From Candidatus Moraniibacteriota bacterium (GTDB lineage Bacteria; Patescibacteriota; Minisyncoccia; Moranbacterales; UBA1568): a stretch of 64,000 nt of DNA. Of the stretch, positions 25,774 through 34,697 are shown one piece after another. The stretch is taken from assembly GCA_963743885.1 (NCBI GenBank), contig CAVURJ010000002.1, positions 305,706 to 369,705 of the forward strand. Reading direction: 5' to 3'. The position numbers were made by a program, and so were the translations under genes. The stretch's first letter is position 1; every line of letters starts with the position of its first letter. A model generated the notes under the pieces. That model did not search any database and was not told the DNA's origin. It worked only from the letters and a program-made list of their open reading frames with translations.

Positions 25774-27462
25774 ATGTTGACTCTCAAAAACATCCGTAAA
25801 GTCTATGGCATCCGCCGTGTCCTCGAGAAGGTCTCTTTCAGTTTGGGCGAAGGACAGAAGGCGGCGCTCGTCGGCCAGAACGGTATCGGCAAGTCGACCT
25901 TGCTCCGGATCATCTCGGGCATCGAGTCGCCGGACCGCGGCGAAGTTCTCGTGCCCAATCGCGCACTCATCGGCTATCTGCCGCAGGAGGTCCTGGCTGA
26001 CGGCGGCGAGACACTTCGTTCGTACCTACGTCGTATGGCAGGTCTTGGCGAGCTTGAGGATGAGATGAAGGAGCTCGAGCCGCGACTCGAGAAGCCGGAA
26101 GCACTCGCGCGTTATGAGATGCTCGAAGCGGAATACCGCCGTCTGGGCGGCTATGATTTCGAGCGCCGGTCCAAGAACATCCTTTCCGGTCTCTGTCTCT
26201 CGCATATCGCTTTGGATCGTCCCGTGTCTGAACTTTCCGGTGGCGAGAGGCGCAAGACGGCGCTCGCAGGCGTGCTGCTTCGCGGCGTGGACATCTTGCT
26301 GCTTGATGAACCGACCAACAACCTCGATCTGCCGGCGCTCCTCTGGCTCGAGAAATATCTCAGCCGTTCTGCTGCGACCTGTCTTATCGCGTCGCATGAC
26401 CGGCGTTTCCTCGACAATGTCGTCGAGCGGGTCGTCGAGCTTGATTGGTTCAAGCGCGATGCGACGATGTACACCGGCGGCTGGACCGAGTATGCCGGGA
26501 TGAAGGCGCACGCACACCGTCGTCACAAAGAACAGTATCGTATGCAGCAGGAAGAGCGTGATCGGTTGTACGAATCGAAAGAGCAGAAGATGGATTGGGT
26601 GGAGCGCGTGAAGAACAAGAAGGCTCCGGATCATGACAAGTTCACGTCTAACTACAAGAAGGAGCGCGCGACCAAGAAGTTTACCAATTCTGCCAAGGCG
26701 CTCGAGGGACGTGAGAAGCGTCTTGATGACGTGGAGAGGCCGCTCGAACGCGTGCCGCTCGTCATTCCGCTCAAGCCGAAGGCTGAGATCGGTATGGACG
26801 ATATCGCTCTCAAGGGTGTGCATTTTGGATACAAGAACGGATTCCAGGGCGGACCGACCAGCCTCGATATCGCGTACGGCACGAGGATTTCTATCCTGGG
26901 TGACAATGGCGTCGGCAAGTCGACGCTCCTCAAGACCATCGCGGGGGAGATTAAGCCGCTCTCAGGTGAAGTCGCCTTGGGTGGCGGTGTCGTCTTCGGC
27001 TATCTCATGCAGGAGCATGAGAACATCGCTTCCGAGGACAAGATTTCTGAGATCTTCAAGAAGCGTCTCGATATCTATGACCGCGACGAAGTCATGATGC
27101 ATCTCACGCGTTTTCAGTTTCCGCCGGACGTGCTCGATGACAAGGTATCCTATCTCAGCCCGGGCGAGCGTGTGCGGCTCATTCTTTCTTTGCTTTCTGC
27201 ACTTGGGGCCAACGTGCTGGTACTTGATGAGCCGACCAACCATCTCGATCTCGAGACTATCGAAGCGCTCGAAGAATCGCTCGAGCTCTATCCTGGCACG
27301 ATCCTCCTCGTCACGCACGATCGCTACTTCCTCGAGAAGATGCGGATCGATCGCTATCTCATGCTTTCTTCGGATGGTGTTCTCTCGCCGGTCGAGAGCT
27401 ACGAGGCCTACGCGGCTTCTACGTTACCCAAGGCCGACCGCATCCTCAAGCGTCTCGAATAG
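25774..27462 (+). CDS. ABC-F family ATPase (tandem ABC domains, no TM domain; ribosome-associated translation factor class)
   Basis: two Walker A (GQNGIGKST, GDNGVGKST), two signature motifs (LSGGERRK, LSPGERVR), long inter-domain linker. Confidence 0.85.
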   Translation: MLTLKNIRKVYGIRRVLEKVSFSLGEGQKAALVGQNGIGKSTLLRIISGIESPDRGEVLVPNRALIGYLPQEVLADGGETLRSYLRRMAGLGELEDEMKELEPRLEKPEALARYEMLEAEYRRLGGYDFERRSKNILSGLCLSHIALDRPVSELSGGERRKTALAGVLLRGVDILLLDEPTNNLDLPALLWLEKYLSRSAATCLIASHDRRFLDNVVERVVELDWFKRDATMYTGGWTEYAGMKAHAHRRHKEQYRMQQEERDRLYESKEQKMDWVERVKNKKAPDHDKFTSNYKKERATKKFTNSAKALEGREKRLDDVERPLERVPLVIPLKPKAEIGMDDIALKGVHFGYKNGFQGGPTSLDIAYGTRISILGDNGVGKSTLLKTIAGEIKPLSGEVALGGGVVFGYLMQEHENIASEDKISEIFKKRLDIYDRDEVMMHLTRFQFPPDVLDDKVSYLSPGERVRLILSLLSALGANVLVLDEPTNHLDLETIEALEESLELYPGTILLVTHDRYFLEKMRIDRYLMLSSDGVLSPVESYEAYAASTLPKADRILKRLE

Positions 27463-27485
27463 TCTTTGAGGAGCCTTTTTTCGGT

Positions 27486-27514
27486 TTGACAAAAGCCTTT
27501 TCCAGAGGTATTTT
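27486..27514 (+). promoter_or_regulatory. sigma70-like promoter (TTGACA-17-TATTTT)
   Basis: ttgaca at 27486-27491, 17-nt spacer, tatttt at 27509-27514. Confidence 0.35.
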
Positions 27515-27548
27515 TTAGGTATCATCGTTCTTTGGAAGGGGCTATCAC

Positions 27549-27896
27549 ATGAAAACGTGTGACGGATTCATGGAGTGCGGTATCGTGGCGATGCCCGAAG
27601 GGTCGTTTGTTTTGAGACTTTGCGGCATAGGTGCATCGATACCGATTACGGCGCAGTATTTCGGTCCTGTTTCTGTGCGGCCGATGAAGCATAAGGCCTT
27701 CGGTGATCAGGACGATCCATCGCGAAGGGTCGAGATCGAAGGATGGTTTCGCCGTCGCCGTCGCCGGACGTTTTTCGAATGGATACAGCGGCTTCCGCGT
27801 GAACAGTGCGAAGAAATCGGTCCGGAAATATCGGTCAGGATCGAGTGCTACCCGTATCGAGAGAGCGGTCCCAAAGGGACCATACACCCGATATGA
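27549..27896 (+). CDS. hypothetical small protein (115 aa) bracketed by promoter and terminator (hairpin ~27918-27950)
   Basis: ATG preceded by ggaagggg; Arg-run WFRRRRRRTFF; downstream hairpin cagccgag...ttggctg + T-run; could alternatively be a non-coding leader of secD. Confidence 0.35.
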   Translation: MKTCDGFMECGIVAMPEGSFVLRLCGIGASIPITAQYFGPVSVRPMKHKAFGDQDDPSRRVEIEGWFRRRRRRTFFEWIQRLPREQCEEIGPEISVRIECYPYRESGPKGTIHPI

Positions 27897-28003
27897 GGTC
27901 ATTTCCTCACATACGCAGCCGAGAACGAACTTCTTGGCTGTATTTTTTTGAAAAATCCCTCAGATTTGCCTCTTGTAGCGCTTTCCGATATACTTTTACG
28001 TAT

Positions 28004-29680
28004 ATGAAACAGCACATACGTCTCCGCTGGCAGTTCGGCTGGGTACTTTTTCTCGGCTTGGTCTGCGGCATCATCTCATATCCTCAGGCGGTGAAATTCA
28101 TCCCGCCGCTTTTTTCGGCGCTCGATAGTTGGAAAGTCAACGAAGGTCTCGACCTGCAGGGTGGCATCCATCTCGAATACGCTGCCGATGTTTCGCAGAT
28201 TGCGTCCGACAAGCAACAGGCTGCGCTTTCGGCTGCCGAGGCGGTCATTGAGCGTCGCGTCAACGCGTTCGGCGTGGGCGAACCGCTCGTCCAGCTGTCA
28301 CGTTCAGGATCGGAGCATCGCATCATCGTCGAGCTGCCAGGTATCAAGGATATCGAGCAGGCGAAGAAGATGATCAAGGAGACACCATTCCTTGATTTCC
28401 GTGAGGAGGCAGGTGACGAGGCGAACGCACAGTTCGATGCGATGAACGCGCAGACGAAGGTCGAGGCCGCGAAGGATCTGGCCCGTGCCAAGAGCGGCGC
28501 CGATTTTGCAGCGATGGCCAAGGAGCTGAGTCAGGACCCTGGATCCAAGGACCAGGGCGGCGAGCTCGATTTTTATAAGAAAGACGATTTGGATGCAGCG
28601 TTTTCTGCAACCCTCTTTGATCCGAGCTTTCAGGCCGGTACTATTTGGCCGGAGCTCGTAGAGAGCCAGTTTGGCTGGCATATCATCAAGAAGCTCGAAG
28701 AGCGTGGTGAAGGCGATGCCAAGGAGATCAAGGCGGCTCATATTCTCTTTATCAAGCATTCCGTCGCCATGTACCCTGATCTCGCCTGGAAGGCGACCGG
28801 CCTTTCTGGTAAGAACCTGAAGGACGCATTCGTGGATTTCCAGAGCCAGGGCATGGGGGCACCGCAGATCGCGCTCCGTTTCGATGATGAGGGCACGCAG
28901 TTGTTCGCGGATATCACCAAGCGCAATGTCGGCAAACCAGTTGCTATCTTCCTCGATGAAGAGATTATCAGCCAGCCGACCGTGCAGAACGAGATCGTTG
29001 CCGGCCAAGCCGTCATCACGGGCAACTTCACCATGCAGACGGCCAATGACCTCGTGAAGCGGTTGAACGAAGGTGCACTGCCGGTACCGATCACCCTGGT
29101 CGGCCAGCAGTCCGTCGATGCGTCGCTCGGCGAGGCAGCTCTCAAGCAGAGCTTGTTCGCCGGTCTCGTGGGGCTTGGTGCTGTCGCGGTCTTCATGGTT
29201 TTCTACTATCGCTTGCTCGGTGTGGTCGCGGTCTTCGCGCTTCTCCTCTATACAGCGATGCTCCTCACGCTTTTCAAGCTCTCGGCTTTCACACCGTTTG
29301 GCATTACCGTGACGCTTTCTGGTATTGCGGGCTTCATCCTTTCGATCGGTATCGCGGTCGATGCGAACGTGCTCATCTTTGAGCGCACCCGAGAAGAGCT
29401 CTCCTATGGCAAGGGTGTCATCAAGTCCATCCGTGAAGGTTTCCGCCGCGCCTGGCCGAGCATCCGCGATGGCCACGTCTCGACGCTCATCACGACGCTC
29501 ATCCTGATTGGCTTTGGTACTGGCTTCGTGAAGGGCTTTGCGGTCATCCTGGGGCTCGGCGTGCTCCTCTCTCTCTTCACAGCGGTCGTGCTCGTCCGTA
29601 TCACGACGACCTTCCTCGCCGATGAATGGATGGAGCGCCACGCGAAGCTTCTCGTTTCTCCCAAGAAACCTCTTGAATAA
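28004..29680 (+). CDS. secD: protein translocase subunit SecD with embedded parvulin-like (PpiC-type) segment in the periplasmic head
   Basis: LDLQGGIHLEY SecD signature; C-terminal 6-TM block; inserted GADFAAMAKELSQDPGSKDQGGELDFY...FGWHIIKKLE resembles rotamase core. Confidence 0.85.
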   Translation: MKQHIRLRWQFGWVLFLGLVCGIISYPQAVKFIPPLFSALDSWKVNEGLDLQGGIHLEYAADVSQIASDKQQAALSAAEAVIERRVNAFGVGEPLVQLSRSGSEHRIIVELPGIKDIEQAKKMIKETPFLDFREEAGDEANAQFDAMNAQTKVEAAKDLARAKSGADFAAMAKELSQDPGSKDQGGELDFYKKDDLDAAFSATLFDPSFQAGTIWPELVESQFGWHIIKKLEERGEGDAKEIKAAHILFIKHSVAMYPDLAWKATGLSGKNLKDAFVDFQSQGMGAPQIALRFDDEGTQLFADITKRNVGKPVAIFLDEEIISQPTVQNEIVAGQAVITGNFTMQTANDLVKRLNEGALPVPITLVGQQSVDASLGEAALKQSLFAGLVGLGAVAVFMVFYYRLLGVVAVFALLLYTAMLLTLFKLSAFTPFGITVTLSGIAGFILSIGIAVDANVLIFERTREELSYGKGVIKSIREGFRRAWPSIRDGHVSTLITTLILIGFGTGFVKGFAVILGLGVLLSLFTAVVLVRITTTFLADEWMERHAKLLVSPKKPLE

Positions 29681-29684
29681 CCCT

Positions 29685-30584
29685 ATGCTGCAGATCATCC
29701 AAAAGAGGAAATACGCGTACATCGCCTCCGGGTTTTTGACCGCGGCGAGCATCGCGCTCATCGCCGTCTGGGGGCTTCATTTCGGCATTGATTTCAAGGG
29801 TGGTACGCTCATGGAAGTGCGCTTCTCGGAAGGCGTGTCTGTGGAGGCTCCGCAGGTGATCGAAAGCCTGGCCGATTTGTCGCTCAATAGTCTGACGGTC
29901 CAGCCGACCGATGGCAATGGCATGCTGCTCCGCTACCTCGCATCCGATGACAATGGCAACGAGCAGGTGCTTGCGAAGCTTAAGGGCTTCGATCCGAAGG
30001 TGACGCAGATTCGCACCGACTTCATCGGCGGTTCCGTGTCGGACCAGATCAAGAAGAATGCTCTCTATGGCATCGCACTCTCGATCATCGGCATCGCGCT
30101 CTATATCGCTTGGGCGTTCCGTCGTGTGTCCGGTATCGTCACGTCGTGGGAATACGGCCTGGGAGCAGTCATTGCGCTCGCACATGATATCGTCATCGTC
30201 ATCGGACTCTTCGTGCTCCTCGGTCGCTACTACGGCATCGAGGTCGGTGTCCCGTTCGTCGCGGCGCTCCTCACTATCCTTGGCTATTCCGTGAACGACA
30301 CCATCGTCGTCTACGATCGCGTCCGCGAGAACCTGCTCCGCTCGCGCAAGGGGGAGGATTTCGAAGTGACGGTCAATCGCTCGCTCAACGAGACACTTGG
30401 TCGTTCCATCAATACGTCCATGACGGTTATCATCACACTCATCGCCATCGTGCTCTTCGGCGGTGAGAGCATCAAGTACTTCGGCGTCGCGCTCCTCGCG
30501 GGCGTGGCTTTTGGTACCTATTCGTCCATCTATATCGCTTCGGCGCTCCTCGTCACGCGGTACCGGATGAAGACCTCGAAGTAA
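29685..30584 (+). CDS. secF: protein translocase subunit SecF
   Basis: HFGIDFKGGTLMEV; 6 TM helices; follows secD with 4-nt gap. Confidence 0.85.
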   Translation: MLQIIQKRKYAYIASGFLTAASIALIAVWGLHFGIDFKGGTLMEVRFSEGVSVEAPQVIESLADLSLNSLTVQPTDGNGMLLRYLASDDNGNEQVLAKLKGFDPKVTQIRTDFIGGSVSDQIKKNALYGIALSIIGIALYIAWAFRRVSGIVTSWEYGLGAVIALAHDIVIVIGLFVLLGRYYGIEVGVPFVAALLTILGYSVNDTIVVYDRVRENLLRSRKGEDFEVTVNRSLNETLGRSINTSMTVIITLIAIVLFGGESIKYFGVALLAGVAFGTYSSIYIASALLVTRYRMKTSK

Positions 30585-30598
30585 TGTATCGTGTATCC

Positions 30599-30619
30599 GG
30601 TATCATGTAGCATGTATAG
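30599..30619 (+). promoter_or_regulatory. TGTA-rich motif gtatcatgtagcatgtat (1 of 3 near-identical copies)
   Basis: also at 39737-39754 and 39957-39974. Confidence 0.3.
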
Positions 30620-30676
30620 AATGCTTTCCGGATCGATACATAATACGTAATACGATATACATAATACTTTTCTGAT

Positions 30677-30973
30677 ATGAAATGGAATCCTTTCAAAAAA
30701 TCCGATAGCGCCGATAAGCAGACTGACGACCTTCCAAGCATTCCTGGCGGTCCGGATGTCGAGAAGATGGGCATGCTACAGAAGATCGCTTATAAGCGTT
30801 TCCTCAAGATGAGCCCGACTGAGCGCGAGAAGGTGATGAAGAAGGCACTTACGCCGAAGAACGTCGCCAAACATAAGGATGAGATCCTGGCATCGCTTGA
30901 GGCCATGCGCAAGAACCGCCAGATTTCCGATGATCAGTACCGTCTCGCCAAAGCGAAGTTCGGACTCAAATAG
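30677..30973 (+). CDS. hypothetical basic protein (98 aa)
   Basis: intact ORF, lysine-rich; no recognised domain. Confidence 0.45.
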   Translation: MKWNPFKKSDSADKQTDDLPSIPGGPDVEKMGMLQKIAYKRFLKMSPTEREKVMKKALTPKNVAKHKDEILASLEAMRKNRQISDDQYRLAKAKFGLK

Positions 30974-30995
30974 TATTTCGTATCCCGTATATCGT

Positions 30996-31373
30996 ATGTC
31001 GGAAGAGAATGCTCCGAAAATTCGGTCGTTCACTGATTTGCGCGTATGGCAAAAGGGGCATAGGTTCGTTGTTGATATGTACCGGGTTACGAAGGATTTT
31101 CCTCGAGAGGAAATGTTCGGTCTTACTTCCCAGATACGGAGAGCAGCCGTTTCGTTCACTTCGAATATAGCCGAAGGTTTTCGCCGGCAATCTCAGAAAG
31201 AGAAAAGACAGTTTTATGCGATAGCGTTTGGGTCGTTGACAGAAGTTCAGAATCAGCTTCTTATCGCGAGAGACGTTGGATATCTTTCGAAAAAAGAGTT
31301 CGATGCTTTGGCTGCCGAGACCGTTGAGTTGAGTAAGATGATAACCGGACTCATGAAGTCGGCCGGCGAATGA
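30996..31373 (+). CDS. four-helix-bundle protein (family often encoded in 23S rRNA intervening sequences / variable spacers)
   Basis: SFTDLRVWQKGHRFVVDMYRVTKDFPREEMFGLTSQIRRAAVSFTSNIAEGF pattern typical of this family; in-frame upstream extension from 30879 overlaps previous gene and is unlikely. Confidence 0.7.
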   Translation: MSEENAPKIRSFTDLRVWQKGHRFVVDMYRVTKDFPREEMFGLTSQIRRAAVSFTSNIAEGFRRQSQKEKRQFYAIAFGSLTEVQNQLLIARDVGYLSKKEFDALAAETVELSKMITGLMKSAGE

Positions 31374-31454
31374 GCTGGCCATCCCGATATACGATATGCT
31401 GTATACGGATACCTTCGCTGGAGATTGGTTTGTGTAATCATAGGAAAATCGTTT

Positions 31455-32645
31455 ATGGATAAGAGAATCGAACAGGTAGATGAGCTTCTGACCCGCGGCG
31501 TGGCCGAGGTGATCGGACTTGATCATCTCAAGAAACGTCTGCTCGCAGGCGAAGCGCTTCGTGTGAAGTTTGGCGTCGATCCGACTAGCCCGAATCTTCA
31601 TATCGGACGTGCGGTCGTGCTCCTCAAGCTCCGCGATCTCCAGCGGCTCGGCTGCAAGATCGTGCTCATCGTGGGAGATTTCACTGGTGTGATCGGTGAT
31701 ACGAGCGACAAGGAGAGTGAGCGTCCGATGCTCGCGGCTGATGCGATTGAGGCCAACATGAAGGGCTACATCGCGCAGATGGGCAAGCTCATCGATATCG
31801 ACCAGGCCGAAGTGCACTACAATTCCACGTGGCTCTCGACGCTTGGTTATGAGGATATCGGCACGCAGGCGGATGCCTTTTCGCTCGCTGAGTTCATTTC
31901 CCGCGACAATATTCGCCGCCGTCTGGATGCCGGCAAGCGCGTCTCGCTTCGTGAGGTGCTCTATCCGCTCATGCAGGGATTCGATTCGATTGCGGTCAAT
32001 GCGGACGTCGAGCTCGGCGGTACTGATCAGCGCTTCAACCTCCTCGCCGGCCGGACACTTCAGGAGAAGCATGGGCAGGAGCCGCAGGATATCATGATGA
32101 CCGATCTTATTCTTGGCACCGACGGCCGTAAGATGAGCTCGAGCTGGGGCAACACGATCAATCTGCTCGATGTACCGAACGATATGTTTGGCAAAGTGAT
32201 GAGTATCCCGGATGAACTAATCATGGAATACTTCGTGCACTGCACGCGCGTGTCGATGACGGAGATTGCAGCAATGGCTGAGGAGATCGTAACGGGCGCC
32301 AATCCGCGCGATGCCAAGGTGCGCCTCGCGAAGGAGATCGTCGCGCTTTACCATGGCGCCGATGAGGCAGCGAAGGCTGAGGCGTATTTCATCGAGACGT
32401 TTTCCAAGGGTGTGGTACCGGAGGATATCGCCGAGGTCAAAGCTGAGGCAGGCGAGAAGCTGATTGAGGTGATCGTCCGGGTCGGTCTCGCGACGAGCAA
32501 TGGTGATGCGCGCCGCAAGGTGGAGCAGGGCGGTGTCTCGATCGATGGCGAGCGGGTCGCTGATCCGCAGGCGGTCGTCGCAGTGGAGTATGCCGGCAAG
32601 GTCATGAAGGTCGGCAAGAAGGACTTCGTCCGCATCGTGGTATAA
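31455..32645 (+). CDS. tyrS: tyrosine--tRNA ligase (bacterial type with C-terminal S4 domain)
   Basis: GVDPTSPNLHIGRAV (HIGH-class), KMSSS (KMSKS), C-terminal S4-like GLATSNGDARRKVEQGGVSIDGERV. Confidence 0.85.
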   Translation: MDKRIEQVDELLTRGVAEVIGLDHLKKRLLAGEALRVKFGVDPTSPNLHIGRAVVLLKLRDLQRLGCKIVLIVGDFTGVIGDTSDKESERPMLAADAIEANMKGYIAQMGKLIDIDQAEVHYNSTWLSTLGYEDIGTQADAFSLAEFISRDNIRRRLDAGKRVSLREVLYPLMQGFDSIAVNADVELGGTDQRFNLLAGRTLQEKHGQEPQDIMMTDLILGTDGRKMSSSWGNTINLLDVPNDMFGKVMSIPDELIMEYFVHCTRVSMTEIAAMAEEIVTGANPRDAKVRLAKEIVALYHGADEAAKAEAYFIETFSKGVVPEDIAEVKAEAGEKLIEVIVRVGLATSNGDARRKVEQGGVSIDGERVADPQAVVAVEYAGKVMKVGKKDFVRIVV

Positions 32646-32676
32646 TAGAAATGTTTTTAATCTTAACTTCAGCACT

Positions 32677-33393
32677 ATGAAGAAGGTTGTCATCGTGGTG
32701 GTAGTCGTGCTCGCGCTGATCGTCGGCGGTGGAGTCTGGTTCGTCATGAAGGCCAAGCAAGCGCTCAATGAGCATGGCATCGAGGTCGGCAAGAACGGCG
32801 TGTCGGTCGATGTGAACGGTACCAAGGTTGATATATCCAAGGAGAACGGTGGTTCGATCAAGGATAGTCTCACGAACATGCTATCCGGATCGGCGGCTGT
32901 GAAATGCGCGGTCGAGGATGAAGAAGGCAAGTACACCGTCACTGCCAAGATGGGCAATGTGAAGATCGACGGTATCGGCTATGCCGCACCGGGCGTCCCG
33001 GGGACGGATGAAAAGGACAAGAAGGGTACGATGATTGTCACCCCTGAGATGTTCTACATGTGGAGCGGCAAGGAGGGTATGAAGTGGAACGTGAAGGAGA
33101 TGGAGGCGCTCAACAAGAAGATGGGTGGCGAGAACGCCGCGGTGCAGGAACCGGAAGCGTCCGACTGGTCCGATTGGGCTAAGAGCATGGAAGCTTCGGG
33201 TGCCAAGTATGATTGTTCTCCGTCCGTCGTGACCGATGCTGATTTTACTCCGCCAGCGGATGTACAGTTCCAGGATTTTGGTGAGTTCATGAAGCAGTTC
33301 GGTGCTGGTGTGCAGGCGCATGCGGAATCACAGATGGATTTCGGTGCTGCCGGACAGGTAGACCTGTCGCAGATGGGCGCCTTCCCGCAATAG
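32677..33393 (+). CDS. hypothetical membrane-anchored/secreted protein (238 aa)
   Basis: N-terminal hydrophobic anchor VVIVVVVVLALIVGGGVWFV; hydrophilic body. Confidence 0.5.
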   Translation: MKKVVIVVVVVLALIVGGGVWFVMKAKQALNEHGIEVGKNGVSVDVNGTKVDISKENGGSIKDSLTNMLSGSAAVKCAVEDEEGKYTVTAKMGNVKIDGIGYAAPGVPGTDEKDKKGTMIVTPEMFYMWSGKEGMKWNVKEMEALNKKMGGENAAVQEPEASDWSDWAKSMEASGAKYDCSPSVVTDADFTPPADVQFQDFGEFMKQFGAGVQAHAESQMDFGAAGQVDLSQMGAFPQ

Positions 33394-33412
33394 TCTTTCT
33401 AGAGAATCGCAG

Positions 33413-33443
33413 CCCCGCACTTTCCGAAAGTGCGGGGTTTTTT
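33413..33443 (+). terminator. intrinsic terminator ccccgcac-tttccgaaa-gtgcgggg + T-run (same stem family as 1973-1991 and 37087-37103)
   Basis: perfect 8-bp stem then gttttttt. Confidence 0.6.
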
Positions 33444-33471
33444 GACCGGGAAAGGCGGTTCGAGGTACAAT
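33442..33471 (+). promoter_or_regulatory. sigma70-like promoter TTGACC-18-TACAAT upstream of pheS
   Basis: ttgacc 33442-33447, tacaat 33466-33471. Confidence 0.35.
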
Positions 33472-33499
33472 ACGGGGGTGATTAATCGCCGAAAATCCT

Positions 33500-34603
33500 A
33501 TGATACAGGAAAAGATTGCCTCTATCCTTGAAGCCGGAAAGCAGGCCTTGGAAGCGGCCAAAACGGAAGCTGGGCTCGCAGCATGGGAGACGGAGTATCT
33601 CGGCCGCAAGAGCGAGTTGAATGAGATACTGAAAGGCCTCAAGGATCTGTCGTCGGAAGAGAAGCGCGTCGTTGGACCAGCTGGCAACCAGGCCAAGCAG
33701 GAGCTCTTTGGGGCGCTTGCCCGCTATCGTGAGGAATTGTCCGAAAAGAATGCTGATTGGAGTGCGGAAGCGATCGATGTCACCGCTCCTGGTCGTCCGG
33801 TCGCGCGCGGCCATCTGCATCCCATCACCCTGATCGAGCATGAGATCGAGGATATCTTTTCGTCGATGGGGTTCTCTATTGCTGACGGACCGGAGGCTGA
33901 GACCGAGCATTACAATTTTGATGCGCTCAATGTGCCTGCCGATCATCCGGCGCGCGATATGCAGGATACGTTTTGGCTCAAGTCAGTCAACAGTCAACAG
34001 CGAACAGCCAGCAAAAAAGCGAATCGGGAGAGGTACGTCATGCGTACTCATACCTCGCCAGTCCAGGTCCGCTATATGGAGACACACAAGCCGCCATTTC
34101 GGATCGTTATCCCGGGCCGCGTGTTCCGCAATGAGGCGACCGATGCATCGCATGAGCATACTTTCCATCAGTTCGAGTGTCTGATGGTCGGCAAGGAAGG
34201 CGAAGTGAGCGTCGCGACGTTCAAGCATGTTGCTGAGACTTTCTTTACAGCTTTCTTCGGTGAGAAGGTGGTCATCCGTCTGCGACCCAGCTTCTTCCCG
34301 TTCACTGAACCGTCATTTGAATTCGATATCAGCTGCATCCTCTGCGGTGGGAAGCCTGCCCGAAACCCTTCGCATGGCGATGGGGGCGGGGGCTGCCCGA
34401 CGTGCAAGCAGACCGGCTGGCTTGAGATTGGTGGTGCCGGCATGGTCAATCAGAAGGTCTTCGAGGCGGCTGGTTACAAGCGCGGAGCGCACCAGGGCTT
34501 CGCGTGGGGCTTCGGTGTGACGCGTCTTGCGATGATGAAGTACAAGATTTCCGATATCCGCCTGCTCATGTCCGGCGACCTCCGATTTATAAGACAATTT
34601 TGA
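33500..34603 (+). CDS. pheS: phenylalanine--tRNA ligase alpha subunit (with Cys4 insertion)
   Basis: FRNEATDASHEHTFHQFECLMV (motif 2), FPFTEPSFEFD, GWLEIGGAGMV (motif 3); CxxC...CxxC insert. Confidence 0.9.
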   Translation: MIQEKIASILEAGKQALEAAKTEAGLAAWETEYLGRKSELNEILKGLKDLSSEEKRVVGPAGNQAKQELFGALARYREELSEKNADWSAEAIDVTAPGRPVARGHLHPITLIEHEIEDIFSSMGFSIADGPEAETEHYNFDALNVPADHPARDMQDTFWLKSVNSQQRTASKKANRERYVMRTHTSPVQVRYMETHKPPFRIVIPGRVFRNEATDASHEHTFHQFECLMVGKEGEVSVATFKHVAETFFTAFFGEKVVIRLRPSFFPFTEPSFEFDISCILCGGKPARNPSHGDGGGGCPTCKQTGWLEIGGAGMVNQKVFEAAGYKRGAHQGFAWGFGVTRLAMMKYKISDIRLLMSGDLRFIRQF

Positions 34604-34697
34604 TCAGTTTTTCTGTTAACGAGTTAACGCGTTCACGCGTTGGAAGATAAGAAATAAACCCGTTAACCCGCAACTCGTTAATGCACGAACCGAGATT

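Noticed and set aside
28304-29761. 485-aa minus-strand ORF
   Set aside because: Antisense to secD/secF. Charged low-complexity sequence.
30966-32072. 368-aa minus-strand ORF
   Set aside because: Antisense to tyrS and the four-helix-bundle gene. No support.
34604-34697. gttaac-rich inverted repeats between pheS and pheT as a possible T-box / attenuator
   Set aside because: Too short (under 95 nt), lacks the T-box AGGGUGGNACCGCG core, and sits between the two subunit genes rather than upstream of the operon. Probably a simple spacer hairpin.
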